A DNA stretch of 64,000 nt from an uncultured Candidatus Entotheonella sp. (GTDB lineage: Bacteria; Tectomicrobia; Entotheonellia; Entotheonellales; Entotheonellaceae): NCBI GenBank assembly GCA_965217185.1, contig OZ244252.1:1952001-2016000 (forward strand), given 5' to 3'. The translations under genes were made by a program, and so were the position numbers. Below, piece after piece: positions 63,417-64,000 of the stretch. The number at the start of each line of letters is the position of its first letter. Position 1 is the stretch's first letter. The notes under the pieces are model-generated. The model was not told the origin of the DNA. It ran no database searches and saw only the letters and a program-made list of their open reading frames with translations.

Positions 63417-64000
63417 TTACGGCAACTCGAAGACCCACACAACACCACCCTGCGGAACCTGCTCGGAGTAATCCGGAATTTCCAGGCGCAGGATGTCCTG
63501 CTTGCGTTCCGCGTCAACGCCCCAGCCCGACTGCACGGCGACGTACTGCTTGTCGCCCAGCATGTAGGTGCTCGGCGGAGCGGTGATACCCGAGTTGGTC
63601 GGGTACTGCCACAACATGGCGCCGGACGCCGCGTCGTAGGCACGGAACATGCGGTCGTTGGTGCCGCCGGCGAACAGCAGGCCGCCGCCGGTGGACAGGA
63701 TCGGACCCCAGTTGTGGTGCTTGAAGGTGTGCTTCCACACTTCATTCTTGTTGCCCACGTCCCAGGCCTGGATTTCACCGATGTGATCCCAGCCTTCGCG
63801 CAGGTAGAAGCCCTCGACGAGCTCCGGAATGTCTACGCCGAGCCACAGCTCACCCGCAACGTATTCCGACTCGTTGCCGGACATGGTGCTGCAGATGTTC
63901 TCGTTGGCCGGGATGTAGAGCAGGCCGCTGACCGGGCTGTACGACGGATACGGCCAGTCCTTGCCGCCCCACAGGGAGGGGCAGAACGGCGCGCTCACGT
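63417..64000 (-). CDS. PQQ-dependent alcohol dehydrogenase family, 3' portion (runs off the window)
   Basis: CPSLWGGKDW, LSTGGGLLFAG, FRAYDA.SG.MLW, PSTY....QYVAV.SGWG, VWVF.L. Confidence 0.88.
   Translation of the reverse strand, partial: VSAPFCPSLWGGKDWPYPSYSPVSGLLYIPANENICSTMSGNESEYVAGELWLGVDIPELVEGFYLREGWDHIGEIQAWDVGNKNEVWKHTFKHHNWGPILSTGGGLLFAGGTNDRMFRAYDAASGAMLWQYPTNSGITAPPSTYMLGDKQYVAVQSGWGVDAERKQDILRLEIPDYSEQVPQGGVVWVFELP

Overview
A GC-rich bacterial chromosomal window; the gene mix resembles Candidatus Tectomicrobia or similar marine/sponge-associated bacteria, but that is only an impression. It opens with a selenocysteine tRNA (selC, anticodon UCA) and an ammonium transporter. About 51 kb of mostly housekeeping and metabolic genes follow: glcF, a DUF1800/DUF1501/NHL cluster, dacA, an AhbD/NirJ-like radical SAM gene with two PCP_red-domain proteins and a HutX-like protein, acs, rel, rpmB, recG, folE-folB-folK-moaB, a radical SAM/variant metallophosphoesterase pair, a squalene/phytoene synthase, HU, ggt, mazG, a Cus-type heavy-metal RND efflux operon with two TolC paralogues, an aceE-like enzyme, and thiS-thiG-thiE under a TPP riboswitch. 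From about 51.9 to 62.8 kb there is a defence island: a type I R-M system (hsdR-hsdM-hsdS) surrounded by about seven type II toxin-antitoxin modules or relics, nearly all with a broken toxin. The most interesting element lies directly downstream of hsdS. It is a DUF3800 gene translationally coupled to a small frameshifted putative nuclease gene, faced by a convergent ~70-nt structured RNA with a candidate promoter and terminator. G-U wobble polarity in both RNA stems points to the + strand. This is a candidate protein-protein-RNA defence/addiction module. The window ends in a SnoaL-like gene and the 3' part of a PQQ dehydrogenase. No CRISPR array, integrase or transposase was seen. Family assignments come from motif recognition, not database searches.
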